From the NCBI GenBank assembly GCA_002269645.1, contig NIVC01001340.1, positions 124,001-188,000 on the forward strand: 64,000 bases of DNA. Reading direction: 5' to 3'. Below the pieces are notes generated by a model. The model was given only the letters and a program-made list of their open reading frames with translations, ran no database searches and was not told where the DNA came from. The translations under genes were made by a program, and so were the position numbers. Shown piece after piece: positions 11,616 through 25,192 of this stretch (position 1 is the first letter of the stretch; each line of letters starts with the position of its first letter). This DNA is from Macrostomum lignano. Its lineage: Eukaryota.

Positions 11616-13329
11616 TAGTGTCCAGCAATTTTTTATTTTTTTAGAGGCAGGGGCTGTGCGCACCTTGGCGCACTTTAAGCAACATTGTCACACAACCGGC
11701 GAGAGGCATTACTGCCCATTCCGCCGACTCCCCTGAGCAGGCACACAAGCGCGCGGATACGTACGCAGGCACACACTCACACAGGAGTGTACAGCGGCCC
11801 TAACTGTAAATATCGTTAGGCATGTTGTACACTTCACTGTGCCTTGGGGGTTGGGCCTCAAGGGCGTTAATCGCGACTGCACTTGGAATCGAGCCTGGGC
11901 CGCAAGGCTACGGCTCCGGTGCTCCCTCAATTGTTCAATCCGTCAACATCATCTTCCCCTCTTTAACAACTAAGCAACGCAACTTTGCTCCAAAATTTTG
12001 ATCCCATCGCTCCGGCATTTCATTGATTCCCTCATCTTCCTTTAGTGCAAAATGACAAAATCGATTTAAAAAAAAACATTTCTTAGGTGGCTCAAGCGCC
12101 TAAATCAAGCCAAGATCGCAGCTTCAACCTAATCCTTCATCTAAGCTATGAGGATGCGATGCAGTCTCTACGTGTTGAAGCTCTGCCCTGACTTGGCCAG
12201 CTGATCAATAGTGACAGAGGAGCTGAGGCACCGCTTTGAGCCCCACGTCCACCAAGTTTCAATTCTCCCGGGACTCCCCCTGGCCTTGAATGGGAGGAGC
12301 TCAAACCAAAAAGTGCATTGTATTTTTATTGAAAACTAGTAGCCTAAACATGCGCTCGTAATTGCAAACGTGAAGAGATGAGGGAGAGCAGATGCAGGCT
12401 GATGGAGATCCCTGTACCAGCAGCACTGGGGTGACAGCAATTGGTCCCCGCTGCACCTCAGCGTAGATGTCGGTGTCGGTCCGGAACGAAGCGGGTTGTT
12501 CCGCGGTGTTAAATAAATTATCGAGTTATTCTCCCATTCTTGCAGTGCAGTGCACAGGCTGGGACCATTAAAGTACCAGGCAGTTCAGCTGTGCGTGTCT
12601 GCAGGATTCTGGGCATCCGCCTGCATCAGCTCAGCCCGATCGGCCCTGTGCAAGCAAAGTCCAAATAGACTGTATTCGGGACTGTCAACACCCTCCTGCG
12701 AGACTGCTGCTGCCGCTGCTTCCGGTGTTGCAGAAACTGGCCCTCCCCCCCCCCTAGAAGAAATCTGAGACAGAGATAACGGCAGCTCAGCGAGAGCAGC
12801 GAGCTCCGGAAAAGGGAGCAGAAAAAGCCGCAGCGACAGAAGCGATCCTTAATCCCCTAGCAGCGCGGCAGGGGTCCAGTCGGTTTGCTTTCTCCTCCCA
12901 GCCTCTCTTTCTATTACTCTCTCTTGGCCTCTTCATCCTGTCGTCAGCAAGAGCCGCCCGGGCACTTCTGAGAGAGGGGGAAGAGGCGGAGAAGACAGGT
13001 TGTGCAGACAGACAGACAGACAGACAGACAGACAGGGTTGACAGATAAGAATTCCAGACCTGCTTGTCAGTCACCGGTCAGTCAGTCAGGCTTGACTGAC
13101 AAGAAAGTTTGTTCGGATTTAGTGCTGAACAATTTCAATAATCAGTTGGTTGTGTCCGACACGCCTGTGTAGAACTTGTTGCGATTTAAAAGTACAACAA
13201 TGAATATTAATTCTCGGTGAAATAACACTATACTTCGACTAATCGACCAGATTGAAGTAGAACTTAGAGAAATCTACCAGATCAAAAGGCGGGCAATTTA
13301 CCAGATAGAGATTAACAGTTTAACAGAGA

Positions 13330-13655
13330 ATAACAGGATTAAAAACAGGTAGGGCTTGAGTTTGTCTAGCGGATTATAACAGGTAGACTTTAAGTTAGTT
13401 TAGCGGATTTTAACAGGTAGAGTTTGGGTTAGTCTAATGGATTAACAAGTATAGAGCTTGAGTGAGTCTACTGGATTAAAGGTAGACTTTGAGTTAGTCT
13501 ATTGGATTATAAAAAGTAGAGCTTGAGTTAGTCTTACCGAATTAACAGGTAGAGCTTGGGTTAGTCTAGCGGATTAACAGGTAGAGCTTGGGTTAGTCTA
13601 GCGGATTAACAGGTAGAGCTTGGGTTAGTCTACCAGATTAACAGGTAGAGCCCTG
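13330..13655. repeat. Minisatellite, about 32 bp unit (GATTAACAGGTAGAGCTTGGGTTAGTCTAGCG)
   Basis: About 9 copies, more degenerate on the left. Confidence 0.85.
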
Positions 13656-14139
13656 AAGTACATGTAAATAGCAATGCCATTTGCGCAAGCACTTCTAACA
13701 GGTAACTGAAGCACGCAGGTCTGAATTGCTGACAGTCAATAATAGCGAAGCAATTCCAATCAACATACAGCAGCACTCTCAAATACGTCCACCAGTTCCG
13801 CCTGACAACTAATGAGTGACAGAAAACAGAGCAGTGACAGTGTTTGAGCAACTGTCTGAATTAGGCTTACCTGCAGTTCACGCCACGGCCTCAAGGACTC
13901 TGTTTGAGATGGGCATCGATTGCTGTTTGCACCAATACAATTGCAATTTGCATTCTTGCCAAATTAAACAACTTCTGACAATGGGATATCGCAATGCAAA
14001 ACTTGGTTGCGCCATTTATGGGAAATTTGGGGACGCCAACTGCCCACTCCTCTCACTCCCAGCCAATAATGGTTCGTTGGGGCCGATTCGGGACAACTGG
14101 CCAATGAGAGTGTAGCTTGGCAACTGGAGTCTCCGGTTT

Positions 14140-15375
14140 ACCATCATTCCTGACTCACTGTCTACCATCATTCCTGACTCACTGTCTACCATCATTCTTG
14201 ACTCACTGTCTACCATCATTCCTGACTCACTGTCTGCCATCATTCCTGACTCACTGTCTACCATCATTCCTGACTCACTGTCTGCAATCATTCCTGACAC
14301 ACTGTCCACCATCATTCCTGACTCACTGTCTGTCATCATTCCTGACTCACTGTCTACCATCATTCTTGACTCATTGTCTGCCATCATTCCTGACACACTG
14401 TCCACCATCATTCCTGACTCACTGTCTGTCATCATTCCTGACTCACTGTCTACCATAATTCCTGACTCACTGTCTGCCATCATTCCTGACACACTGTCTA
14501 CCATAATTCCTGACTCACTGTCTGCCATCATTCCTGACTCACTGTCTGCCATCATTCCTGACTCACTGTCTACCATCATTCCTGACTCACTGTCTACCAT
14601 CATTCCTGACTCACTGTCTGCCATCATTCCTGACTCACTGTCTACCATAATTCCTGACTCACTGTCTGCCATCATTCCTGACACACTGTCTACCATCATT
14701 CCTGACTCACTGTCTGCCATCATTCCTGACTCACTGTCTGCCATCATTCCTGACTCACTGTCTACCATCATTCCTGACTCACTGTCTACCATCATTCCTG
14801 ACACACTGTCTACCATCATTCCTGACTCAGAGTCTACCATCATTCCTGACACACTGTCCACCATCATTCCTGACTCACTGTCTACCATCATTCCTGACTC
14901 ACTGTCTACCATCATTCCTGACTCACTGTCTGCCATCATTCCTGACTCAGAGTCTACCATCATTCCTGACTCACTGTCCACCATCATTCTTGACTCACTG
15001 TCTACCATCATTCCTGACTCACTGTCTACCATCATTCCTGACTCACTGTCTGCCATCATTCCTGACTCACTGTCTACCATCATTCCTGACTCACTGTCTG
15101 CCATCATTCCTGACTCACTGTCTGCCATCATTCCTGACACACTGTCTACCATCATTCCTGACACACTGTCTACCATCATTCCTGACACACTGTCTACTAT
15201 CATTCCTGACTCACTGTCTGCCATCATTCCTACTGTCTATCATCATTCCTGACTCACTGTCTGCCATCATTCCTGACACACTGTCTACTATCATTCCTGA
15301 CTCACTGTCTGCCATCATTCCTACTGTCTATCATCATTCCTGACTCACTGTCTGCCATCATTCCTGACTCACCCT
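14140..15375. repeat. Minisatellite, 24 bp unit (ATCATTCCTGACTCACTGTCTACC)
   Basis: About 50 tandem copies. Confidence 0.97.
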
Positions 15376-16149
15376 TACTCACTGTCTACCGTCATTCCCG
15401 ACTCGCTCACAATTACGCTCGTATTTCATTCAAATTTGCACGTACGAACCAATCAAACCAGTCTCTACGAAGAGTAGTTTTTCTCGTATCTTCACCTCTG
15501 GCCAGATCTCCCTGCTGTACTTGCAATAGTCCACAGTCATATCGCATATTTTGCATACGAGTATATTGGCTTCAGAAAAATATTTTTAACTAAAATATTT
15601 ATCGCATATCTAAAAAATTTCGCCCCCCTTCCCTTAATTCCCACTCAGTCCTCGCTCACGCTTCCAGTTACTACACCAGGACTCACTCTCCCTTCACTGT
15701 TAGGGGCAGTTCACTCATCCGTACCCGTCCCGCCACCTGCTTAGCTCACCAATTGCCGCCCTTACAATGTTTTATTATAGAAGTTCTCGAGAAAGACGAG
15801 GGATGCATTTGTTTGCACAGCGCTCCTACCCATTGTCCCGTATAGTTTCTGCTCCTAGAGGGGAATCGCCAAGAGATCCTCAGCTTAGGGAAGGCCACGC
15901 ACTTCAATTCGGCTGTGTATTTTTCTGCAACTATAGTTATTCAAATACATTCCAGTGCGACAGAGTGGCTGCTATAAAATTGCACAAAAAACTGTGAATT
16001 GCACTTCTCAAATCCTTGCAGTGAAGCTGTTAAAATTGTTTGCTGCCTTCAGTCAACAGTGTAATTGTTGCCTCACTGCATTTAGTAGAGATATAAGAGG
16101 TTTATTAGATACATCAGTTTTTACAGATAGCAGACATAGCAGAATATTT

Positions 16150-17305
16150 AGTAGATATAAGGTCTACCAAATCAATTACTAGATATTGGAGGGTCCCCAG
16201 ATCATCTAGTACGGATATTGTAGGTCCACTAGATCATATGGTAGAGATAAAGAGGTCTACCAGATCATTTGGTAGATATAAGGAGGTCTACCAGATCATT
16301 AAGTAGACACTGGAGTTCTACCAGATCAATCAGTAGACACTGGAGTTCTACAAGATCAATCAGTAGACATTGAAGTTCTACCAGATCAATCAGTAGACAA
16401 TGCAGTTCTACCAGATCAATCAGTAGACACTGGAGTTCTACAAGATCATCAGTATGTAAAGCCTAGAGTTCTACAAGATCATCAGTATGTAAAGCCTAGA
16501 GTTCTACAAGATCATCAGTATGTAAAGCCTAGAGTTCTACAAGATCATCAGTATGTAAAGCCTAGAGTTCTACAAGATCATCAGTATGTAAAGCCTAGAG
16601 TTCTACAAGATCATCAGTAGACACTGGAGTTCTACCAGATCAATCAGTAGAACCTGGAGTTCTACCAGATCAATCAGTAGAACCTGGAGTTCTACCAAAT
16701 CATTCAGTAGACATTGCAGTTCTACAAGATCACTCAGTAGACACTGCAGTTCTACCAGATCATTCAGTAGACATTGCAGTTCTACCAGATCATTCAGTAG
16801 ACATTGCAGTTCTACCAGATCATTCAGTAGACACTGGAGTTCTACAAGATCAATCAGTAGACATTGAAGTTCTACCAGATCAATCAGTAGACAATGCAGT
16901 TTTACCAGATCAATCAGTAGACACTGGAGTTCTACAAGATCAATCAGTAGACATTGAAGTTCTACCAGATCAATCAGTAGACAATGCAGTTCTACCAGAT
17001 CAATCAGTAGACACTGGAGTTCTACAAGATCAATCAGTAGACACTGGAGTTCTACCAGATCAATCAGTAGACACTGGAGTTCTACAAGATCATCAGTAGA
17101 CACTGGAATTCTACAAGATCATCAGTAGAACCTAGAGTTCTACAATTAGATCATCAGTAGACACTGGAGTTCTACCAAATCACTCAGTAGACACTGCAGC
17201 TCTACCAGATCACTCAGTAGACACTGCAGCTATACCAGATCACTCAGTAGACACTGCAGCTCTACCAGATCACTCAGTAGACACTGCAGTTCTACCAGAT
17301 TTTCA
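16150..17305. repeat. Minisatellite, 30 bp unit (AGATCAATCAGTAGACACTGGAGTTCTACC) with an internal 33-bp variant sub-array at about 16440-16615
   Basis: Tandem copies visible. Confidence 0.95.
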
Positions 17306-17984
17306 GTACATATCTAGTCCGTCAGAAGTTCCAGACTTCACAGACTGGAATATTATGCTCAATGCCTGTATCGCAGACTTCATAAGTACATTCAACAGGA
17401 ACAATTTCAAAAAACCTTGTGAAGCAGTTTAGGATTAATTCCCAGAAGTTGTGTACACTGGAAGAGAAGCGTAAACAAGAAAACGGCACAAGAAGCTCTC
17501 AGCACAGGCAGATGGATGAGTAATCTTTGTTTGCTCGAAAGCTGAACGTCACTAAGTAAAGAACGACGAAATTAAGGGTTCGTCATACGAGCGGTGGTGA
17601 TAGATGTGCTGCCTGCAGACAAGATGATTCTTGACCTAACTTGAGACTTGAGCACCCAGTTAGCTCAAACCGGTTTGTATCCGATACCAAAGCTAATCGG
17701 CCAAATTCAGACAAATCTCCTTGGGTTTGCAGTCACCAACACGCAATCAAGATTTGAATAGTCGTAGACAAGGCGACTTAGGTTCCTTCTGCCCATTCTT
17801 AATTATTCATTTTGTGTGCAACTTGTGCGAACTTTACATTTATTTAAAGCGAATTTGTTTTCGTAAAATTTACGTCTAAAAAAGAATTGAGCTACTGGCA
17901 GTAGTGCAGTTAAATCATGAAACTATGAGTGCACGAGAACTTTTGTAAAAAATGAATCCTCAAGACACAATCTGCGTTTCCCAG

Positions 17985-18090
17985 ATTCACCCACACACCC
18001 CAGATTCACCCAGACACCCCAGATTCACTCAGACACTCCAGATTCACCCAGACACCCCAGATTCATTCAGACACCCCAGATTCACACAGA
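17985..18090. repeat. Short minisatellite, 18 bp unit (CCCAGATTCACCCAGACA)
   Basis: About 6 copies. Confidence 0.9.
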
Positions 18091-18420
18091 AACCATTGAT
18101 TGAGTTACTTAATTAAATGAGCAAGTTTTGTAAAGATTTATTGAATAAAAAAAACAGTCATTTCTCACGAATCCGTTCTTTTTACAGAAAATATAGCAAG
18201 ATTTATTCATTAACGAATGCCAGAGCAATATATTATTCAACTATGAAATAAGCATTCACATACACATTAAAAACTCACTTATCAGTTACAACTCGTACTA
18301 CTACAAGCATTGGCACAGCCAGGTGCCAAAAAGAAATTTTGTAATACAAAAGTTGAAAAAATGAATTCACACAAACAATGAATGCATTGATGCACGATAC
18401 ATACTACTGATTAAAACAAA

Positions 18421-18613
18421 TCAATTTGTGGAGCCAAACACCAACCGATCCAGCCGAGAGTCAATCAAGGTCAGGTGCTCCTGCAATGCGGAGGCGTCAG
18501 TCAGCACAGCGGCTGGCAGCTTGGCCAGTCTGTCCCAGCCTGACTCGAATCGCTTCACCTCCCGCAACAGGTGAGTCCAGCCCGACTCCCAGTAGAGGCG
18601 GGTGTCCCAGCAC
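18421..18613 (-). CDS. TIPRL: TIP41-like protein (PP2A regulator), exon 2 (terminal)
   Basis: Acceptor AAACCAG|G at 18614; (R)CWDTRLYWESGWTHLLREVKRFES matches the TIPRL C-terminus (DTRLYHE...LREY..RES); phase fits the exon 1 donor, giving 750 nt = 249 aa. Confidence 0.9.
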
Positions 18614-18664
18614 CTGGTTTGTAGAAGCCGCTTTTGTGAGTGTCGCATTACCACTTTTGTATCT

Positions 18665-20145
18665 GAATAACTCATTAGCTACCTGAATACCTCATTAGCT
18701 ACCTGAATACCCATTAGCTACCTAAATACCTCATTAGCTACCTGAATACCTCATTAGCTATCTGAGTACCCCATTAGCTACCTAAATACCTCATTAGCTA
18801 CCTGAATACCTCATTAGCTACCTGAATACCCATTAGCTACCTAAATACCTCATTAGCTACCAGAATACCTCCTTAGCTACCTGGATACTTCATTAGCTAC
18901 CTGAATAACCCATTAGCTACCAGAATACCCCATTAGCTACCTGAGTAGCTCATTAGCTACCTGAATACCTCATTAGCTACCAGAATACCTAATTAGCTAC
19001 TAGAATACCTAATTAGCTATCTGAGTACCCCATTAGCTACCTAAATACCTCATTAGCTACCTAAATACCTCATTAGCTACCTAAATACCCCATTAGCTAC
19101 CTGAATACCCAATTAGCTACCTGAATACCTTATTAGCTACCTAAAAACCTTATTAGCTACCTGAATACCTTATTAGCTACCTAAAAACCTTATTAGCTAC
19201 CTGAATACCTCATTGGCTACCTGAATACCTCATTAGCTACCTGAGTACCTCATTAGCTACCTGAGTACCTCATTAGCTACCCGAATACCTAATTAGCTAC
19301 TAGAATACCTAATTAGCTATCTGAGTACCCCATTAGCTACCTAAATACCTCATTAGCTACCTAAATACCCCATTAGCTACCTGAATACCCAATTAGCTAC
19401 CTGAATACCTTATTATCTACCTAAAAACCTTATTAGCTACCTGAATACCTTATTAGCTACCTAAAAACCTTATTAGCTACCTGAATACCTCATTGGCTAC
19501 CTGAATACCTCATTGGCTACCTGAATACCTCATTAGCTACCTGAGTACCTCATAAGCTACCTGAGTACCTCATTAGCTACCCGAATACCTAATTAGCTAC
19601 TAGAATACCTAATTAGCTATCTGAGTACCCCATTAGCTACCTAAATACCTCATTAACTACCTAAATACCCCATTAGCTACCTGAATACCCAATTAGCTAC
19701 CTGAATACCTTATTATCTACCTAAAAACCTTATTAGCTACCTGAATACCTTATTAGCTACCTGAGTACCTCATTAGCTACCTGAGTACCTCATTAGCTAC
19801 CCGAATACCTCATTAGCTACCCGAATACCTCATTAGCTACACGAATACCTCATTAGCTACCTTGAATACCTCATTAGCTACCTGAGCACCTCATTAGCTA
19901 CCTGAGTACCTCATTAGCTATCTGAGTACCTCATTAGCTACCTTGAATACCCCATTAGCTACCTTGAATACCTCATTAGCTACCTGAGTACCTCATTAGC
20001 TACCTTGAATACCCCATTAGCTACCTTGAATACCCCATTAGCTACCTTGAATACCTCATTAGCTACCTTGAATACCTCATTAGCTACCTGAATACCTCAT
20101 TAGCTACTTGAATACCTCATTAGCTACCTGAGCACCTCATTAGCA
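18665..20145. repeat. Minisatellite, 20 bp unit (CTCATTAGCTACCTGAATAC) filling the TIPRL intron
   Basis: About 73 copies. Confidence 0.97.
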
Positions 20146-20177
20146 TACTAAACTAATGACAAGCAAGCAACTCTCAC

Positions 20178-20734
20178 CTAGCAACAGTACCGTCAGCACG
20201 CAGAAAGTATCTCAACAACAGCAGAAAGCATTGGGGCATCGCTCTGAAGCGCAGGCACATCTGAGCTGTGCCGCTGTCGCCCAGCTCATCCTCGTACAGC
20301 TGGGTCTCGCAGTAGAACAGAATTCGATCCCGCCTACGCAGCCGCTCCAGATTGATGGCATCGCCGGCAGCCGCTGGCTCCTCCTTCCAGCCGGAGCCCA
20401 GCAGGGTGCCGGAATAATCGCTGGCAAACGTCCAATCGTATGGCTTAGCAGATTCTTGAGCATATTCAAGCCGGGTGCTCAGCCACTGCTCGGACACAGC
20501 CAGTTTCAGGCTGCTAGAATGAGCATCAACTCGGCGCAAAGCATCGAGAGCGTTGAACTCTAATGAGCAGCCGGATTCGATGTGCTCAAGCCGGAGACAG
20601 TTGCGGTCGAACACCATATCAGGCAGGGCTGGCAATTCCAGTTCACTGCGCATTGCGGAGTAGCGGGGACCGTCCGATGGTAGAATATGACTGCGCCTGG
20701 CATAGATGCGCCATGGGGGGTAGGATGACGTCAT
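20178..20734 (-). CDS. TIPRL: TIP41-like protein, exon 1
   Basis: LPDMVF, LEFNALDAL, KPYDWTF..DY.GTL, ILFY....LYEDEL.DSG, RYFLR.DG are TIP41 family motifs; ATG at 20734; donor AG|GTGAGA at 20177; TTTTGCAG acceptor about 96 nt upstream of the ATG. Confidence 0.92.
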
Positions 20735-20924
20735 CTCCTCCTCAGCGGCATTGTTAGGGTTTGCAGATCCAACTGAAGCTGTGGCAGCCTGTGATGGGGC
20801 TGCAGTAGCTGGGGGCGGTTCAGATGCCTGCAAAATTGGTGTTTTGATTCTTAGTTAAAATCTTATGGCTATGCAGCTTTTTATTTTTCCATTGGCACTG
20901 ATCCAGATAACTAAGAAAGGAATT

Positions 20925-21770
20925 CAGAATTTCACAGACACAGACGCGAGTTGTGACGGCATTGGAGCCTGCTTAGAATTGGAGCCAGTTCGGTATATTG
21001 AATACCGAAGTGGTGCTAAACACACCAATGCATATGGATTATCAAGACGACCCACAGAGATTTGAAGATAATCAGGAGACTAAGGCAGAACAGTGCACCA
21101 AAGCTGAGACAGGTCCAGTTCAATACCTCCTACTGTTACAGTAAACTGAAGTCAGACCAATATCTCAAGCTGCAAGCATCAAAGGTGCCAGACTGATCCA
21201 ATTAGAGAAGAAGTAGAAGACAATGAAGAGTACAAAGACTCAAGAGTATTTCAAAGAAGAGCAAGAAAAGAGCCGCATTAGAGTTCTTGTGAGAATCTCT
21301 GATTGACAATTCTTCAAGTACAATAGGAAATAGACAGAGTGAGAAGTGGCAAGAAGATGCTAGTCTTATAATTTCACTCCAGTGCCTAACTTGCAAATAG
21401 ACTTCCCAACAAACCAAATAAAGAAATGGAACCTACAAATAAGGGAAAGCAAAAGGAGAACCAGAAAAAGAAAGAGCCAAATAGAAAAAGAAGGCAACAG
21501 CAACAAAAGAAACCAAAGAAAAGAAAAGAGCTTTTAGAACTAATATAATTAGACAATAGTTCAGAGGAAGAAAGAATTCAATAGAAAGCCAAAGAAATTG
21601 AGCGAGATAAAGACAAAATTGAACAGCATGAAGGAGAAATAGAGGATGAATCAATAGACAATGAAAGAACTGAGCCAACTAAGATAGATAACTGCATTAG
21701 AGCCAAATCAAGAAAGGAATGAGAATGAAAAAGCTAAACAAAGGCCTTGCTATAACCTAAGACCCCAGTG
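20925..21770 (+). pseudogene. Degenerate, internally deleted Ty3/Gypsy pol remnant
   Basis: TDASCDGIGACL (RNase H start), IEYRSGAKHTNAYGLSRRP (RNase H end) and terminal YNLRP; many stops. Confidence 0.65.
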
Positions 21771-23129
21771 AGAGAGCCTAGTCATCGCAGGCTTTGTTCC
21801 CTGGAGGTGCTACTCTCACTACTGAAATTGATAATGTTAAATTCTAATGTTATATATAAATGTTATTTATATAAATTCATTATACAAAAAGCTCAATAAA
21901 AGTAAAAATTATAAAATTATAAAAATACAATAAATATCATACTCAATTCATCTGGTAATAATTACTTATAATTTTATATCTCATAAAAGCTTGCATCTAT
22001 AGCATTACTATAGTCGTATAGACAATGACTATGACAATGAAATTCTAGGAAAACATTGTGCACTAGGCCTACTCATAGTAGAGTGAACCACTCATTGAAA
22101 TACAATACATATAGTACTAGTAGATAAATACATAAGTAGCCTATATACACTACTATAGGCCTAGTAATATCTGTATACATGAAATAGATATAGTCAAAAT
22201 TGTATACAAGTTGATGATGACAACTTGACCAATCTAGAATATTTAAACCTTGAAATATGATAAATTTGACTAACTAAAGGCAAAGGCATCGGCATGTTTG
22301 TTTTATTTAGTGAAATTAGGCCTAATGTCTATTATTTGTATTTGCTCTATATTTGAATTATTTCTGCCAATGTACATATCAGCCAGAGTCGAAAGACTAA
22401 AGTTATATTGCATATTTTAAAGAGAACAGAGCTGTCATCTTGATGGCATTAGTAATATTTCGATAGGCCTAAGATAGAAACAAGCCCTACATTAACTTTG
22501 GTAGGCCTAACATCACTGGGATCTTCTTAAGAGGGAAGTTAACCAATACCACAATGTGAGGCCATGAGGGTTTCCCTAATTATCATCGGCGCCCCCATCA
22601 GTAAAGTAAAGTAAAGTAAAGTAGTAGTAAATTTGGCTCAGGCTTAAGGAGCCTGTTATGCCAGTATAATCTGATGTATTTAGTATTTATTCAAAAGGTT
22701 AAATTTTTACAAAAACGAGTTACGATATTTGTATTAAGTAAGGTATTTGAAAGAGCGTCTGGAATATTTTTTTACGGTTTTTTTCAGCCGATTAACGACT
22801 AACGACGGAACAACAAGATTCTAAGCAGGGAAAAATAGAAAATCGATGTTGTATATATATGACCTTAATGCAAAACGATTCTTCTAAAATGCGATTCAGA
22901 AAAGGTAGTTAAATATTATTTGTCAATATAACAAATATCTAGTATAATTAAGGATTGTTCTCAATAATAGGCAATTTTTGTAAAAAGATATAGTATTTTT
23001 AAAAGCGCGTGATATTTCAAAGCGTGAAAAACAAGCATAAACACACTTCGAACGAACTTAACGTCTAACGGTTAACGACGAATAAATAGGAAATTAAAAA
23101 AGACAGTAAATGAATAAACAACTGAAAAG

Positions 23130-24150
23130 CGGATTTATTACACTGCTGATGCATCTGTTTCGGTTTGCATAACTGTTTTAGCTATTCATGACTTCATATA
23201 TTTTAGCTACACCAGTGAGCTCTTTTCTGACTCTTTTTTCATTTGTAGCATATCCTATCTTGTGTATTTGTTTGTCATTTTAAGAGGTATTGACAGTAGT
23301 ATTTTTTTCTGATCTCTTCAGTTTGTGGACATTCGGTCAAGTAGTGTAGGATATCGGAACCATTTCTCGCTCCACACAGTCTACATGCTTCTTGAGAAAA
23401 AATGTTGGGTGTAATCTCGCATTTCAGTTTTAGGAGGGTTGTTTAGGAATTTTTTGTTTCTAAATGTGCATGGAAAGTAATCTGAAAGGTCGGGCCTGCA
23501 GATTTTTTTGTTGAGATAGGCGTTTTTGTAGAATCTAATATGTTGCTGATTCTCTAGCTTTTGGCTAAGTTCTCTTTCTCTGTGTATCTTGAGCTGCTTT
23601 TTCACTAGCTATTTCTCGTTATTAAAGCTTTGGGAAAGTTTATCTTCAGTTAGTGCTTTTAAGTCTATACTTTCCAGTTTCTTTAGTACACTCGTTTTCC
23701 ATGGATTTTTTGGCTGGTGTTTGAGTAGAAAATTTCTAGTGTCGTTTGGCAAAGTTTTTGGTGTCTAATCTTCAGCCAGTAGGTAAAATAGGTTTTAGCG
23801 ATTCGTTGGGAGATTGGAGTAAGCTCAAGTTCTGATGATATCACACTGTTGCTAGCAAATTTTGGTAGATTGAGGAGATACTTGTAGAATTTCAGCTGAA
23901 TGTTATCAATAGCTTTTGTTTCAGAAATGGTAGCCAGAGGGCCCCAGAGCTCACAGCCGTACGTGATAACGGGGGTAACAAGCGCGTCGAATAGTCTGCG
24001 AATGAGTGTGATGTCCAGGGACGTATTTTTTATCTTGTGGAGTAGGGAAAACAAAGCTGTATATCCCTGCTCAGGATATACTGATTTCTGAATATCAGTA
24101 AAGACATTCAGAAAGACATTCAAAACGATCGTCTTAACTTTTAACAAAAT
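23130..24150 (-). pseudogene. 5'-truncated non-LTR retrotransposon 3' fragment (RTEX-like)
   Basis: RRLFDALVTPVITYGCELWG, IDNIQLKFYKYLLNL and ELELTPI...YWLKI are typical post-RT C-terminal motifs; frameshifted, with a decayed GRYRNIP motif downstream. Confidence 0.75.
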
Positions 24151-24500
24151 TGACCTGCTTCAGCCATCTTTCTAGCAAAATATTTACGCAATTATTAGGC
24201 GTTGAATAAGCTTTAATTTATTTACTAAATTAGTAACTTTTTGAGATAAATTGATTTAAAATTGCTTAGCAACACTGATTAGACATCGCCTTACCGTTGA
24301 CTGAAATTGTTTCGATCGTAGCAGCCTAAAAGCAGATGTATGGTTTAAAAAATGCTTCGATTTACTTTTTATGCATGACTCAGCTTTAAAATGACACCTC
24401 AGCCACCACAAAAGACTGCGCTGATGCTGATATATTCGACACTAAACATTGCTTTTGCGCAAGCTCACATTCGAAAGTTTTACTGATTTTTATCGATATT

Positions 24501-25186
24501 AGTAGAATGCATGAGGGGGCTTCTGGGACAAAATTTTTCACCTCCTCCATAATCCACCTAAATCCATCCATATTATCCCTGACAGAATCAGAAAAAAGGG
24601 GGGTCGCACTCGCTCACAAAACGTCCTCCATAATCCCATTAAATCCATCCATATTATCCCCGACAGAATCTTGAAAAAGGGGAGGGGTCGCACTTGCTCT
24701 GAAAACTTCGAACATAATCCCATTAAATCCATCCATATTATCCCTGACAGAATCAGAGCATAACAGTAGGACACCTGTTATGCTCACTGAGACTGACATC
24801 CACCCATAGCATCTTCGAAACAAACAGAAAATAATCTGCATTCTTCTCCCCACATTCAATCCGAAGCGGCAAAACCACTTCCCTAAGACTTTAAATTATC
24901 AGCGCAGGGTCCTCACCTTTGAAAAAAAATTAAATTCTGAATAAAAATGTTTCCAGTTGTATCTCCAGGTTCTTATTACAAAGCGCACGAACCCAATTAC
25001 AAGAGTAAGTACCGATGTAAACTAGAATGCAGTGAGTACATGAGAAAATATTGGCCTGACGTTGATATCAATGTCTCTAATATTAATCAAGCTCTCCAAA
25101 GACACTGGTTTCATAAGTATGGAGTAACCTATGTAAAAGACTACGACAGCTACTATAACTTTGCAGAAGTTATAAGGCAATTGTAA
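24501..25186 (+). repeat. Left terminal inverted repeat (about 690 bp) with three internal ~80-bp repeats
   Basis: Reverse complement of 61317-62000; CATAATCCCATTAAATCCATCCATATTATCCCTGACAGAATC occurs 3 times. Confidence 0.97.
24947..25186 (+). CDS. TIR-encoded hypothetical protein, 79 aa (left copy)
   Basis: AAAAATG start as in other element genes; open in both TIR copies despite substitutions and a 3-bp indel. Confidence 0.6.
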   Translation: MFPVVSPGSYYKAHEPNYKSKYRCKLECSEYMRKYWPDVDINVSNINQALQRHWFHKYGVTYVKDYDSYYNFAEVIRQL

Positions 25187-25192
25187 TTTTTC

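Noticed and set aside
10955-11736. Pro-rich ORFs (PPPTQRPNVEGGPL)n
   Set aside because: The 42-bp array is open in all three plus frames; no unique domain or splice support
14016-15343. Long ORFs (MMVDSESG)n, (TIIPDSLS)n and similar
   Set aside because: Translations of a 24-bp minisatellite in several frames on both strands
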